Positions 19,359-29,771 are shown, numbered from the stretch's first letter. The stretch is 62,536 nucleotides of DNA from Candidatus Micrarchaeota archaeon (GCA_964604635.1 CAZRZO010000003.1:1-62536), one strand, 5' to 3'. The notes: a model not told the origin generated them from the sequence alone. A program made the numbers and translations.

Positions 19359-20237
19359 ATGGAAGAAGAATTTCTTGCAAATCAAAATGAATATTTAGAA
19401 GCTGGTATTCACATAGCAACAAAAGTAAAAAGACCAGGAATGGAAAAATTTATATATAAAGTTAGAGAAGATGGATTATATTTACTTGATTTAAAAACAA
19501 TTAATTCTAGAATTAAAATTGCTAGTAAAATGATAGTAAAATATAATCCAAAAGATGTTCTAATAACTGCTTCAAGAATTTATGCAATAACAGCTGCAGA
19601 AAAGTTTGCAGAAATAATAAATGCAAAATTTGTAAAAAAGAGAGTAAGGCCAGGAATATTTACTGATCCTAATAAAGAAGATTTTATTGAACCAAAGCTT
19701 GTAATTATAAGTGATTCAAGAAATGAAAAGCAGGCAATAAAAGAAGCAAGTATTAAAAATATACCAATTATTGCATTATGTGATACTGATAATTCAACAA
19801 AATTTCTTGATTTAGTTATTCCTGTTAACAATAAAGGAAGAAAAGCATTAGCATTTACTTATTATTTACTTTCAAGAGAAGTTCTTAAATTAAGAGGAGA
19901 AATAAAAACAAATGAAGAATTTAAGTATTCTGTTAATGATTTTGAAGCACAGTTGCAAACAGATAAATTAAATTCAAAATTATTTCAAAGGCCAAATCAA
20001 TATCAAAGACCAAAACAAACATTTAATAGATATCAAGAAAATAAAAGCAAATTAATTGAATCAAGTAAAAATAATATTGAAAAACAACCAAAAATTGAAA
20101 TTAAAAAAGAAGAAGAAAAAAGCAACATAGAAAAATCAGATAATAAAGTATTAAAAGAACAAGACAAAAATAATACAAAAACAATAAAGTCAGAAGAAAA
20201 ATCAAATTCACAAGAAAAAGAAAATAAAAATCAATAG
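19359..20237 (+). CDS. rps2: 30S ribosomal protein S2 with ~95-aa K/E/Q/N-rich C-terminal tail
   Basis: YLEAGIHIATKVK.., ITASRIYA.., ALCDTDN.. motifs of uS2, followed by a low-complexity tail. Confidence 0.9.
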   Translation: MEEEFLANQNEYLEAGIHIATKVKRPGMEKFIYKVREDGLYLLDLKTINSRIKIASKMIVKYNPKDVLITASRIYAITAAEKFAEIINAKFVKKRVRPGIFTDPNKEDFIEPKLVIISDSRNEKQAIKEASIKNIPIIALCDTDNSTKFLDLVIPVNNKGRKALAFTYYLLSREVLKLRGEIKTNEEFKYSVNDFEAQLQTDKLNSKLFQRPNQYQRPKQTFNRYQENKSKLIESSKNNIEKQPKIEIKKEEEKSNIEKSDNKVLKEQDKNNTKTIKSEEKSNSQEKENKNQ

Positions 20238-20242
20238 ATTTT

Positions 20243-20719
20243 ATGAATAAAAACATAAAATTTATTCATTGTGCTCTTCCAAATATTGATTTTAATAAAA
20301 TTTTAATAAAAGAAAATATAAAAATTAAAGCTGAATGTAAACAAATAACTATTTCTTGTTTACCATTTATAATTGAAATTAATTCTACTTTTAATATAAA
20401 AAATCAAATATTGATTATAAATAAGTATAATTATATTAAATTATTTTTTATGAAACCAAATAAATTATTTATTATTTATAATAAAAAATTGATTGAAATA
20501 GAAGAGATAAATGGGATCAATAAAAAAACAATCAACAAAAATCTTATTTGTGTAAATAATGGACTTGATGCTGCAAAATATATTAGATTAAAAAAATATT
20601 TTATTGTATTAAAATTTAATAAAATAGATATAATAAAAAAACAATTAAAAGTTATTATGTTTCTTACAAATTCAATAAATATTGAACAATTAAAAAAAGC
20701 ACCAGTAGTATTTAATTGA
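20243..20719 (+). CDS. hypothetical protein (158 aa)
   Basis: Uninterrupted ORF between rps2 and fni, a position where many archaea encode mevalonate-pathway kinases. No kinase motif recognised. Confidence 0.4.
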   Translation: MNKNIKFIHCALPNIDFNKILIKENIKIKAECKQITISCLPFIIEINSTFNIKNQILIINKYNYIKLFFMKPNKLFIIYNKKLIEIEEINGINKKTINKNLICVNNGLDAAKYIRLKKYFIVLKFNKIDIIKKQLKVIMFLTNSINIEQLKKAPVVFN

Positions 20720-20767
20720 TATCCAAATAAATTATTTATTAAATATATTAATAATTAATTGATATAA

Positions 20768-21862
20768 ATGCAGAATAAAAAAATAGAAAATAACAATCAA
20801 ACTTCCTCAAGAAAATTAGAGCACATAAAAATCGCTCTTAAAAAAAATATGGAATTTAAAATAACAAATCAATTTGAAAATATTAAGCTAATTCCTAAAA
20901 TAGATAAAAAAATTTCATATAACAATATTGATATATCTACTTTATTTTTGAATAAAAAAATAAGTGCACCAATTTTTATTTCTGGAATGACTGGAGGGCA
21001 TGAAAAAACATTTAAAATTAATTTAGATTTTGCAAACGCAGCATATGAATTAAATATTCCAATGGGTTTAGGAAGTCAGAGAGCAATGATAGAACATAAA
21101 GATTTGATTTATACTTATAATGTTAAAAAAGATTATAATATTATTTTATTAGGCAATATAGGTGTTGCTCAGCTTAGTAAATATAATACAAATCAAATAA
21201 AAAAAATGCTTGAAGATGTTGATGCTGATGCTTTATGTATACATACAAATCCAGCACAAGAAATTGTTCAACCTGAAGGTAATCTAAATTTTAAAAATGC
21301 TTTTAACAATATAAAATCTATTGCTAATAATTTAAATTATAAAATAATAGTAAAAGAAGTTGGAAATGGAATTTCAAAAGAAGTTGCAAAAGAATTAGAT
21401 TCAACAAATATCTATGGTATTGATACTGGTGGTGCAGGAGGAACAAATTGGGTTGCAATTGAATTATTGCGAAGATCTGAATCTGATTTAAATTTTATTA
21501 AAGAATGGGGAATACCAACTGCACAATCATTAATAGAAACAAAATACGCATTTAATGGGTTTATAACTGCAACAGGTGGAATAAGATCTGGTTCTGATAT
21601 TGTTAAAGCTCTTGCGCTTGGTGCTGATGCATGTGGAATAGCAATGCCTATTTTAAAATCACAAAGAAAAGGCAAGAACGAAATTATTAAATATTTAAAT
21701 ACACTTATTATGCAAATAAAATATGAAATGAAGAAACTTAATTGTAGAAATATAGAGGATTTAAAACTTTTAAAATTTAATATAAATAATCCATTAAAAA
21801 CTGTTTTAAAACAGAGACATATAGATTTAAATACTTTTCAGAGTAAAAGGAATAAAATATAA
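20768..21862 (+). CDS. fni: isopentenyl-diphosphate delta-isomerase, type 2 (FMN-dependent)
   Basis: SGMTGG, GLGSQR, VKEVGNGIS, IDTGGAGGTNW, ATGGIRSGSDIVKALALGAD motifs. Confidence 0.92.
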   Translation: MQNKKIENNNQTSSRKLEHIKIALKKNMEFKITNQFENIKLIPKIDKKISYNNIDISTLFLNKKISAPIFISGMTGGHEKTFKINLDFANAAYELNIPMGLGSQRAMIEHKDLIYTYNVKKDYNIILLGNIGVAQLSKYNTNQIKKMLEDVDADALCIHTNPAQEIVQPEGNLNFKNAFNNIKSIANNLNYKIIVKEVGNGISKEVAKELDSTNIYGIDTGGAGGTNWVAIELLRRSESDLNFIKEWGIPTAQSLIETKYAFNGFITATGGIRSGSDIVKALALGADACGIAMPILKSQRKGKNEIIKYLNTLIMQIKYEMKKLNCRNIEDLKLLKFNINNPLKTVLKQRHIDLNTFQSKRNKI

Positions 21863-22036
21863 ATCTGATTAGGCTAAAAGTATTTATATCAAAAGCAATA
21901 CAAGATAAATTAAATAATAAACATATTTAAATAAATTTAAAATATAATAAAATCAAAATGAGCAATAAAAAATTCATAACAACATAAAAAAACATTAGTC
22001 AATTATAATTTATAATAAAATATAAAATATAGGGGT

Positions 22037-24757
22037 TTGAAGATGATTAATGAAAAATCATTAATAAATATTTTAGATGATGATTCAACATCTATCCTTT
22101 CCCACATAAATCTTTTAAATAATAAAAAAAATAAAAAAATACAAATTCTTTCTATTGGTTCTATATTTAGCGGAACAAATGCATTTAGTAAAGATGCATT
22201 AATTGGATTAAACGAACTTCTAATTGAAAGAAAAAATAGTAATAATAATATTGATGTACTTTTAATGAATGGAGGTGTATTACCTTATGGTGCTTTATTA
22301 CCTTATTTGTCTAAAATATCAGCACCTCGTAGGTGGGATAAAATTCTTTCATTATCTGATAATATAAAATACATAGCAGATGCTTCTGAAATAATTAAAG
22401 TTCATTTAAATAGGATTTTCAATACAATTAATAAAAATACTAATATTATTTATGTATTAGGAGATGAAGATAAATTGAATATAAAAGATATATCAAGAAG
22501 TTTAAATTCAAAATTTAATTATGATCCTGAAAGTTTAAATGAATTGTATCTTGAGTTTAGAGATATGATAGAATCAAGAAAAGAAATTATTGATATAACA
22601 AAGTCTGCAATTAAAAAAAATAATAAAGCACTTGAAATAATGCAAAATCAGAAAAAAACTGAAAATTTAAATAAAATAGAGGAATATAAAAATAAAAATA
22701 ATAAAAATCATCAAGAATTGGTAAAAATACAACAAGAAATAAAAGAACTTATTGCATTAAATAAGCAAGTATTAGACCTATACTTATTAACTTTTAATTC
22801 ATTAGATATTAAAAATTTAAAAAGACTTAAAATAGATGTAAAACTAAAACTTATAAATACTACTGAAAAGATAAAACAAATTAAAGATCCTTTTTCTCAA
22901 GATTATAAAGTTTTAGAATTGCTTGGAAAAAAATTATCTAATAAATTAAGAGCAATAGATATTGCAAAAAGCAAATTAAAAAATTCAATTGATTCACAAA
23001 AAACAGCAGAAAATTCTAAACGTATTAATACATTTACTGGGAATATTCCAATAGAGCCACAATCTGCTAAAAAAATACAAAAATTAAGTTATGATTTTTA
23101 TTATTATATTTTAGGTTCTGCATTTGGTAGAAAAAGAGAAATAAAAGTAATTGGAAAAAAGCATTTTAATTTATTAGCTATTTCAAAAAATAAATTAAAG
23201 TTAAATACATTAATTACAAATAATCCTACAAATATTTCAAATAATTTTAAGATCAATGCAAATTCATCTATAAACATAACAATTGGAAATTTAATAAAAA
23301 AATTGCCTTTAGAACCTAATTTAGCTATTTCTGGACATACAACTGCAAATTCATTTACAATAATACCTTCACAAAATAATTCTAATAAAAATATAGCAAT
23401 ATTATGTTCTGGTCCTTTAATAGATCCTAATAAAGTATTTGAATTATGGAATCAAAAAATAAAAACAGAATTAACTAGTGCTTTTGAGAAATCAAGACTG
23501 TTTTCTGGTGTAACTATTATAGGGTATGATGGAGTTAATTTTAATTTAGATATTATAAAATATGATTATTTAATAAATAAAGCAAATCAAAGATATGAAA
23601 GTAAAAATGAAAAACAAGCAATAGAAAATATAAAACAAAAATTAAGATCAAGTGAAAATAATACTAATAATTATAATGGAGAAAAACTAGAAAAGATTAC
23701 AACACCAAATAAATTACCTTCAGAGATTAAGGATAAAGATATTGAATATATTGATTTAAAAGATTTTAATAAATTAAATAAAATTGTAAATACAGAAAAA
23801 TTAACAATTGCAAGTATAAGTGATATACATTTTGGTAGTGGTGAAACAAATATCAAAATTTTAAAAACATGTATTAAAGATATTGTAAAAAATTCACCAG
23901 ATTTATTAATACTTAATGGTGATATCATTGAAGGAAATCTTAATAATTATATGAATGTTTTAAAAGAATATAAAAAACCAGAAATTATAAGCGAATATAA
24001 AAATTGGCTTAAAAATATCAAAAAATTAGATAAATCTAAAATTTTAATGCAAATGAATACTTTTTATACTGAATATATAAACACTATTCCAATACAGAAT
24101 ATAGACGCACAAGTTGAACCTTTATTAAAAATATTAACTCCTGCTATTGATAAAATTGTTGAAAATAATGGTTATATTATTATTACAAGTGGAAATCATT
24201 ATAATAAAACTTATAAAGATAATAAATTAGATGAAAGTGAAAAATTAGGAAGTGCACTAAAATTATATATTAGTGGAAAAGCAAGAAATTTTAATAATGT
24301 TAAGGTGATTCATGGGTCAAGTGAGGGAACAGGTGTATTTTCAATTAATAATAAAATAAAAATATTAGTGTCACATGATCTTGGAAAAGATATATCTTCT
24401 ATTACAAATAAATTAAGAAAAAAGAATTCTGAAACTCAAATTAATATAGGATCTCATAGACATCAAATATGGCAGGGGGATACTATTGATAATAGTATTG
24501 TTCTTACACCCTCTTTAACTTCTGTTAAAGAAAATTCATTTTTACAATCAACAAATCAACCAATTGGTAAAATAAATGGTTATATTTACTCAAAATATGA
24601 ATTTACTAAAGATAAAATAATAAGACATGAATTTTATCCAAAAATTAATAATTTTTTTAATAAATTAAAAACAAAAGACTTATTTGAAGAATTTTTATCA
24701 ACAAAATCAAATTTAGAAGTTGATAAAAAAACAAGAAAACAGAAAAATAAATCTTAG
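22037..24757 (+). CDS. large uncharacterised protein: degenerate metallophosphoesterase-like N-half with coiled-coil insert, plus intact calcineurin-like metallophosphoesterase C-half
   Basis: C-half motifs: ISDIHFGSG, LNGDIIEGN, TSGNHYN, VSHDLG, GSHRHQ. The N-half has the same motif order with metal ligands lost: LSIGSIFSG, LMNGGVLPYG, VLGDEDK, ISGHTTAN. Residues ~165-335 are K/E/N/Q-rich and heptad-like. The likely start is the ATG at 22043. Confidence 0.6.
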   Translation: MKMINEKSLINILDDDSTSILSHINLLNNKKNKKIQILSIGSIFSGTNAFSKDALIGLNELLIERKNSNNNIDVLLMNGGVLPYGALLPYLSKISAPRRWDKILSLSDNIKYIADASEIIKVHLNRIFNTINKNTNIIYVLGDEDKLNIKDISRSLNSKFNYDPESLNELYLEFRDMIESRKEIIDITKSAIKKNNKALEIMQNQKKTENLNKIEEYKNKNNKNHQELVKIQQEIKELIALNKQVLDLYLLTFNSLDIKNLKRLKIDVKLKLINTTEKIKQIKDPFSQDYKVLELLGKKLSNKLRAIDIAKSKLKNSIDSQKTAENSKRINTFTGNIPIEPQSAKKIQKLSYDFYYYILGSAFGRKREIKVIGKKHFNLLAISKNKLKLNTLITNNPTNISNNFKINANSSINITIGNLIKKLPLEPNLAISGHTTANSFTIIPSQNNSNKNIAILCSGPLIDPNKVFELWNQKIKTELTSAFEKSRLFSGVTIIGYDGVNFNLDIIKYDYLINKANQRYESKNEKQAIENIKQKLRSSENNTNNYNGEKLEKITTPNKLPSEIKDKDIEYIDLKDFNKLNKIVNTEKLTIASISDIHFGSGETNIKILKTCIKDIVKNSPDLLILNGDIIEGNLNNYMNVLKEYKKPEIISEYKNWLKNIKKLDKSKILMQMNTFYTEYINTIPIQNIDAQVEPLLKILTPAIDKIVENNGYIIITSGNHYNKTYKDNKLDESEKLGSALKLYISGKARNFNNVKVIHGSSEGTGVFSINNKIKILVSHDLGKDISSITNKLRKKNSETQINIGSHRHQIWQGDTIDNSIVLTPSLTSVKENSFLQSTNQPIGKINGYIYSKYEFTKDKIIRHEFYPKINNFFNKLKTKDLFEEFLSTKSNLEVDKKTRKQKNKS

Positions 24758-25345
24758 TTGATTTGGATGAGAAAAGAGATAAAAAAAACAGATGAAAATA
24801 TTCGAAATCTGTTAAGGACTCAATCAGATAAATATAACATTAGAAATTATAATCCTTCTTCTTTTGAAATTGATGTTGCAGGACTTTTGATAAAGAATAA
24901 TATAACTTTTGAATTCAATAAAAAATTAGTTTTCTACAATAATCCAAATAATTATAATATTTTTAAAAAATGGATTGATCTTAAAAATAATACTATTTCT
25001 ACAAATATAGATATAGAAAATAAATCTTCTGAAATTTTTAGACCTGATTTTATTATTAATGATTTAAAATCTAATAATAAACCAATTATACTTGAACCTC
25101 ATGGAAAGCAATATTTTCACAATAAAAAAATAAATAAATATAAATCATTCATGAACCTTTTTGGATCTTCTTATTATTTTATTATAATAACAGATTTAAC
25201 AAGAAAGATATTAGAAACAAAATTAAAAGAACTAGATTTAAAATTAAATGATATTTGTAATGAATTATGGTTTTCAAAAAAAAACAATTTAAATTCTCTT
25301 GACTCTAAAATCAATAAAATGAAAATTAAATACCAATTGAGATAA
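24758..25345 (+). CDS. small uncharacterised protein, PD-(D/E)xK (Vsr/DUF559-like) nuclease-fold candidate
   Basis: SFEIDVAGLL..ITFEF, then FRPDFII and IILEPHGKQYFH, follows the E...D...E-x-x-G-(K/H) order of restriction-endonuclease-like folds. It starts on the nucleotide after the TAG stop of the 906-aa gene (TTG at 24758, or ATG at 24767). Confidence 0.4.
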   Translation: MIWMRKEIKKTDENIRNLLRTQSDKYNIRNYNPSSFEIDVAGLLIKNNITFEFNKKLVFYNNPNNYNIFKKWIDLKNNTISTNIDIENKSSEIFRPDFIINDLKSNNKPIILEPHGKQYFHNKKINKYKSFMNLFGSSYYFIIITDLTRKILETKLKELDLKLNDICNELWFSKKNNLNSLDSKINKMKIKYQLR

Positions 25346-25367
25346 AAATATTTTCTAAATCAAATCT

Positions 25368-25937
25368 TTATTTCTGTCCAAATATTAAATAACCTGTGTG
25401 CCAAATTCCTTTTGTTGAAGGTCTTACTCCAACTTTTCTAACAAGTATATCTCGCATTATATTTTCAATACATATAATGTTTTTAAATTTATATTTTTCA
25501 AGTTTATTAAAAAATTTTTTTAATTGTTCCATATGTAAAACATAACCAACAATATATCCATTATCTTTTAATGCTTTATAAGCATGTCTAACCACTTTTT
25601 CAGAATTTGGTAAGTCTAATGTAATTACATCAACATTTTTTTCAAATATTTTTTTTGTGATATCATTATTTCTTATTATTAAATTTTCTAAATTTTCGAT
25701 TTTTTTGTTGTGCTCTGCAATTTTAATAAATTCTTCTTTAATTTCATAACTATATACTTGTTTACATATTTTTGCTAAACTTATTGAAAGCCATCCACTC
25801 CCAGTTCCTGCATCTATACAAATACTATTTTTATTAACATTTGCATATGTTATTATTATCCCAATATCTTTTGGTAATATTACTTGAGGTCCTCTTTTTA
25901 ATTTTTTATAGTGTGATGGAATAAACATATTTTTCAT
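25368..25937 (-). CDS. trmI: tRNA (adenine-N1)-methyltransferase TrmI/Gcd14 family
   Basis: PQVILPKDIG.., DAGTGSGWLS (SAM motif I), DVITLDLPN, C-terminal RPSTKGIWHTGYLIFGQK. Confidence 0.7.
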   Translation of the reverse strand: MKNMFIPSHYKKLKRGPQVILPKDIGIIITYANVNKNSICIDAGTGSGWLSISLAKICKQVYSYEIKEEFIKIAEHNKKIENLENLIIRNNDITKKIFEKNVDVITLDLPNSEKVVRHAYKALKDNGYIVGYVLHMEQLKKFFNKLEKYKFKNIICIENIMRDILVRKVGVRPSTKGIWHTGYLIFGQK

Positions 25938-25948
25938 CTTTTTTATTA

Positions 25949-28027
25949 TTATTTTTTATTTTCTACATTTTCTTGTTTATTATCATTATTTTGTTTATAA
26001 TTCTTAGTACTATACCAATCTTTTTTAGTTTGGCATTTTGGATCAAGATCCATTTCGAACATTTTCTTGTTTCTTATTACTTTAATTATTGGAGTATTGC
26101 AAAATTTACATACTTTGGTTGTAATTAATATCTTTGAATTTCCAGGTAATGGGTATGTATTTGTACAATTAGGATAATCATCACATCCAACAAATAATTT
26201 TCCTAGTCTTGATTTTTTAATTATTAAATTACCATTACTTTTTGGACATTTTCCAAGAATTTGAGATTGATTTAAACTAATTCTTAATTCTTGCGAAATT
26301 TTTTGTTTGTTATTTTCAAAGGCATTAAGTGCTTCTATTAATAGTTCTTTTCCTTCTTTTATTACATTAACTTCTTGTTCTTTTCCTTTTGATATTAAAT
26401 CCATATCTTTTTCAAGTTTTTTCGTAGTATTTTCATCAACAATCATTTCACAGTATTTTTTTAATGTATTATATATTACAATCCCAAATTTTGTAACGTT
26501 TATACTAGTTCCTTCAATATAATTTCTTTTGAATAATGTGTCAATAATTCCTGCTCTTGTTGCTTTTGTTCCAAGATCTCGTTTTTCTAGTTCAGCGATT
26601 AATGTTGCTTTTACATATCTTTTTGGAGGTTGAGTTTGTGATTTTACTACATTTATTTTTAATATATTTATTTTTTCATCTTTCTTGAATTTTTGTAGAA
26701 TTAATTCATTTGGCTTATAAAAATGATAAAATTCTGTCCATCCTTTTTTAATAATCTGATTTCCAGCAGCAGCATATTTTTCATTTCCAAAAATTGCTGT
26801 TATTCTAGTTCTATCAATTTCCATTGGTTCTGCAAAACATGCTAAAAATCTTCTTGTTATTAAATCAAATAATTTTTGTTCTTCGCCTGTTAAATTATTT
26901 GGCTTTATTCCTGTTGAATAAATTGCAGGGTGGGCATCATCTTTTTTATTACCTTCAATTGGTTTAAATCTATGTTCTTTTAATAATATATTTGCAAGAT
27001 TTTCATATTCTTTGATTTTTGATAATGATCTAATAATCTTTGATAAATTTAATAATATTGGTAATTTTTGAGAGGATGTTCTTGGGTATGATATAAATGA
27101 TCTTTCATATAATGATTGTGCAATATTTAATGTTCTTGAAGGATCAATATGTAAAATTTTACTTGCTTCTAGTTGTAATGATGTTAAATCAAATGCAGGA
27201 TTAGCTATTATTTGTTTTTTTGTTTTATCTATATTTTTTATTATTCCATTATTTTTGTTTTTTTCTGTTTCAGCATAACTTTGTTTCATTATTTCTTCAT
27301 CAAATATCTGTTCTTTTGAATTTATAAATTCAGTATTTTTTATTAAAATATTTATTTTCCAAAAATATTTTGGAATAAATTTAGATATTTCAATTTCTCT
27401 TTTTGTTAATATGCCAAGGCTAGGACCTTGGACACGACCAATACTTAATGCATTTTTACTAAAATTAGAATTATAAATAGATCGGGTTAATGCAATACTT
27501 AAATTAATACCCCATAACCAATCAAGCATATGTCTTACTTCACCAGCATAAAAATTATTAACATCTAAAGGTAATAAATGTTCATATGCCATTAAAATAT
27601 CTTCATCTGTTGTTGTAGAAAATTTCATTCTTTTTGAATTATTCAAATTTTCATTTATTAATTTTATTATATTAGTACCAATTACAGTTCCTTCAATATC
27701 AAAATCACATGCATTTATAAACATACTACATTTTTTAGCTATGTCTACTATTACATCTAGATAATTTTTTGTATATTCTCTAGATTTAATATAATATGCT
27801 GGTGACCATTTAACATCTAAAATTGGAAAATTTTTGTGTTTTCCAATTATTGTAAATAAATGTCCAACAGCTGCAACAACATAAATTTTTTTATTGATCT
27901 CATTTATTTCATAATAATTAATATTTTTATTCATTTTTCTTTCAAATCTCCCATTTCCAAGTGCTGTTGCTATTCTTAATGCAACACTCGGTTTTTCTGC
28001 AATTATTAATATATTCATGTTTTTCAC
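25949..28027 (-). CDS. topA: DNA topoisomerase, type IA (TopA/Topo III-like) with C-terminal zinc ribbons
   Basis: Toprim start ILIIAEKPSVA, DFDIEGT, catalytic-Tyr motif ISYPRTSS, and C-terminal CPKS..C and CKFC cysteine clusters. Confidence 0.9.
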   Translation of the reverse strand: MKNMNILIIAEKPSVALRIATALGNGRFERKMNKNINYYEINEINKKIYVVAAVGHLFTIIGKHKNFPILDVKWSPAYYIKSREYTKNYLDVIVDIAKKCSMFINACDFDIEGTVIGTNIIKLINENLNNSKRMKFSTTTDEDILMAYEHLLPLDVNNFYAGEVRHMLDWLWGINLSIALTRSIYNSNFSKNALSIGRVQGPSLGILTKREIEISKFIPKYFWKINILIKNTEFINSKEQIFDEEIMKQSYAETEKNKNNGIIKNIDKTKKQIIANPAFDLTSLQLEASKILHIDPSRTLNIAQSLYERSFISYPRTSSQKLPILLNLSKIIRSLSKIKEYENLANILLKEHRFKPIEGNKKDDAHPAIYSTGIKPNNLTGEEQKLFDLITRRFLACFAEPMEIDRTRITAIFGNEKYAAAGNQIIKKGWTEFYHFYKPNELILQKFKKDEKINILKINVVKSQTQPPKRYVKATLIAELEKRDLGTKATRAGIIDTLFKRNYIEGTSINVTKFGIVIYNTLKKYCEMIVDENTTKKLEKDMDLISKGKEQEVNVIKEGKELLIEALNAFENNKQKISQELRISLNQSQILGKCPKSNGNLIIKKSRLGKLFVGCDDYPNCTNTYPLPGNSKILITTKVCKFCNTPIIKVIRNKKMFEMDLDPKCQTKKDWYSTKNYKQNNDNKQENVENKK

Positions 28028-28121
28028 GTAATTTTATTAATTCAAATAAAATATTAAAATTTAGTATTAAATAAAAATAATATTTACAAAAATCTTTTAA
28101 TATAATTATTTAATTCTATCT

Positions 28122-29762
28122 ATGAATAATTTGCTGAATTTAATAATAATTCTTTTATTAAATACCTCTATATCTTGGATTAGAATGTTTATAGCATTAG
28201 CAATATCCATAATTTTTAGTTTATTTATTGGAATTATAGCAGCAAGATCAAAAGCAGCAGAAAAAATAATTCTTCCAATATTAGATATTTTTCAAACACT
28301 TCCAATACTTGCTTTTTTTCCATTTGTAATTATTATAATATTAGGTTTAATAAAAGGAGGTATTGGATTAAATATTGCTGTTATTTTTTTAATAATTACA
28401 AGTATGGTCTGGAATATTTCGTTTGCTGTTTATGAAGCAATAAAAGTATTGCCAAATGAATTTTTAGAACTTTCAAAAATTTATAATTTGAATTTTATTC
28501 AGAGATTTAAAAAAATTTATTTACCTTCTGCAATGCCAAGAGTTATTGAACAATCAATATTATCTTGGTCTATTGGATTATTTTATCTTATTACAAGTGA
28601 AATATTTTCAACAGGAACTGTGAATTATAAAGTTAAATATGGTATAGGTGTTGAATTAATGAAATTAGGTTATTCTAATAATTTTTTATATTATTTAATT
28701 GGGATCCTTGTTTTAATTATTTTTGTAGTTCTTACAAGATTATTATTTTTTATTCCTTTAGAAAATTATTTTAATAAATTTAATAAACAAAATAATCAAG
28801 AGCCAAAATTAGCAAGATTATATAATTTATTTAAAGCTCCTTTTTTTATTACCTCTAATACTATTAAATTTAGTTTGCATAAAATAAATAAAACCAAAAA
28901 ACAAAAGAATAAAACTTTAATTCATAAATTAAAAATTCAAAAGCAAATTTTAATTAAAAATTCACAATCTAATACTATTTTAAATAAATTTAATTTTAAA
29001 ATCGAATTAGAACCTAAAATATTAAAAGCAATTTTTGTAATATTTTTTATTTTGATTATTTTTGTACACATATTATATCCAAAATTTCTAAGTGAATTGT
29101 TTTATTATGAATATATTTCACTTATTTCCTTATTTTATACTTTTATTAGAGTATGGACTGTTTTTTTAATAATAATAGCAATCACAATACCTTTATCAAT
29201 CTATTTAATTTTTATATCAAAGAATAGTAATAAATTTTTGTTAGTTTTTCAAGTCTTAGCATCAATACCAGCAACAATTTTATTACCTATAATTGTTTTA
29301 TATTTTAAAAATAATGGAAATATGGTTGCTTTCTTCATATTTTTTATTAGTGGTATTTGGTATGTTCTTTTTAGTATAATTGCAAGTTCTAAAAATATAG
29401 AAAAACACATATCTGAGGTAAAATCTATTTTTCATGTAAGAGGATTTTTAGCATTTAAAAAAATTTATTTAAAAGCTATTATTCCAGGATTAATAACAGG
29501 TGCTGTAACTGGAATCGCAGCTGAATGGAATGCAAGTATTGTTGCAGAATATTTTACAAAAACAGGAATTAGTGGAGCACATGCAATAACACAAGTTAAT
29601 ATAGGTATTGGAAAGCTTTTAGATACTACATTGTCTTCTGGTCCGCATGGAAACTTATTATTAATGTTAATAGCATTAATAAATTTAACAGTAATGATAA
29701 TATTAATAAATACTTTTTTATGGAAAAAATATTATAAGAAAATTTCAGATATATATACATAA
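28122..29762 (+). CDS. ABC transporter permease, two fused permease domains (NitT/TauT-like)
   Basis: 546 aa. Two blocks of about 5-6 TM each are joined by a K/N-rich linker. EAA-like loops are present (YEAIKVLPNEFLELSKIYNL and EVKSIFHVRGFLAFKKIYL). Confidence 0.7.
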   Translation: MNNLLNLIIILLLNTSISWIRMFIALAISIIFSLFIGIIAARSKAAEKIILPILDIFQTLPILAFFPFVIIIILGLIKGGIGLNIAVIFLIITSMVWNISFAVYEAIKVLPNEFLELSKIYNLNFIQRFKKIYLPSAMPRVIEQSILSWSIGLFYLITSEIFSTGTVNYKVKYGIGVELMKLGYSNNFLYYLIGILVLIIFVVLTRLLFFIPLENYFNKFNKQNNQEPKLARLYNLFKAPFFITSNTIKFSLHKINKTKKQKNKTLIHKLKIQKQILIKNSQSNTILNKFNFKIELEPKILKAIFVIFFILIIFVHILYPKFLSELFYYEYISLISLFYTFIRVWTVFLIIIAITIPLSIYLIFISKNSNKFLLVFQVLASIPATILLPIIVLYFKNNGNMVAFFIFFISGIWYVLFSIIASSKNIEKHISEVKSIFHVRGFLAFKKIYLKAIIPGLITGAVTGIAAEWNASIVAEYFTKTGISGAHAITQVNIGIGKLLDTTLSSGPHGNLLLMLIALINLTVMIILINTFLWKKYYKKISDIYT

Positions 29763-29771
29763 GTGATTAAA

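Noticed and set aside
22037-24757. Assigning the 906-aa protein as DNA polymerase D small subunit (DP1) or Mre11 because of the SDIHFGS-type motif
   Set aside because: The metallophosphoesterase motifs are generic to the superfamily. The protein lacks the OB-fold and N-terminal layout I expect for DP1, and no Rad50-like ABC ATPase partner is adjacent. The duplicated (dead plus live) architecture fits neither family, so it is left unassigned.
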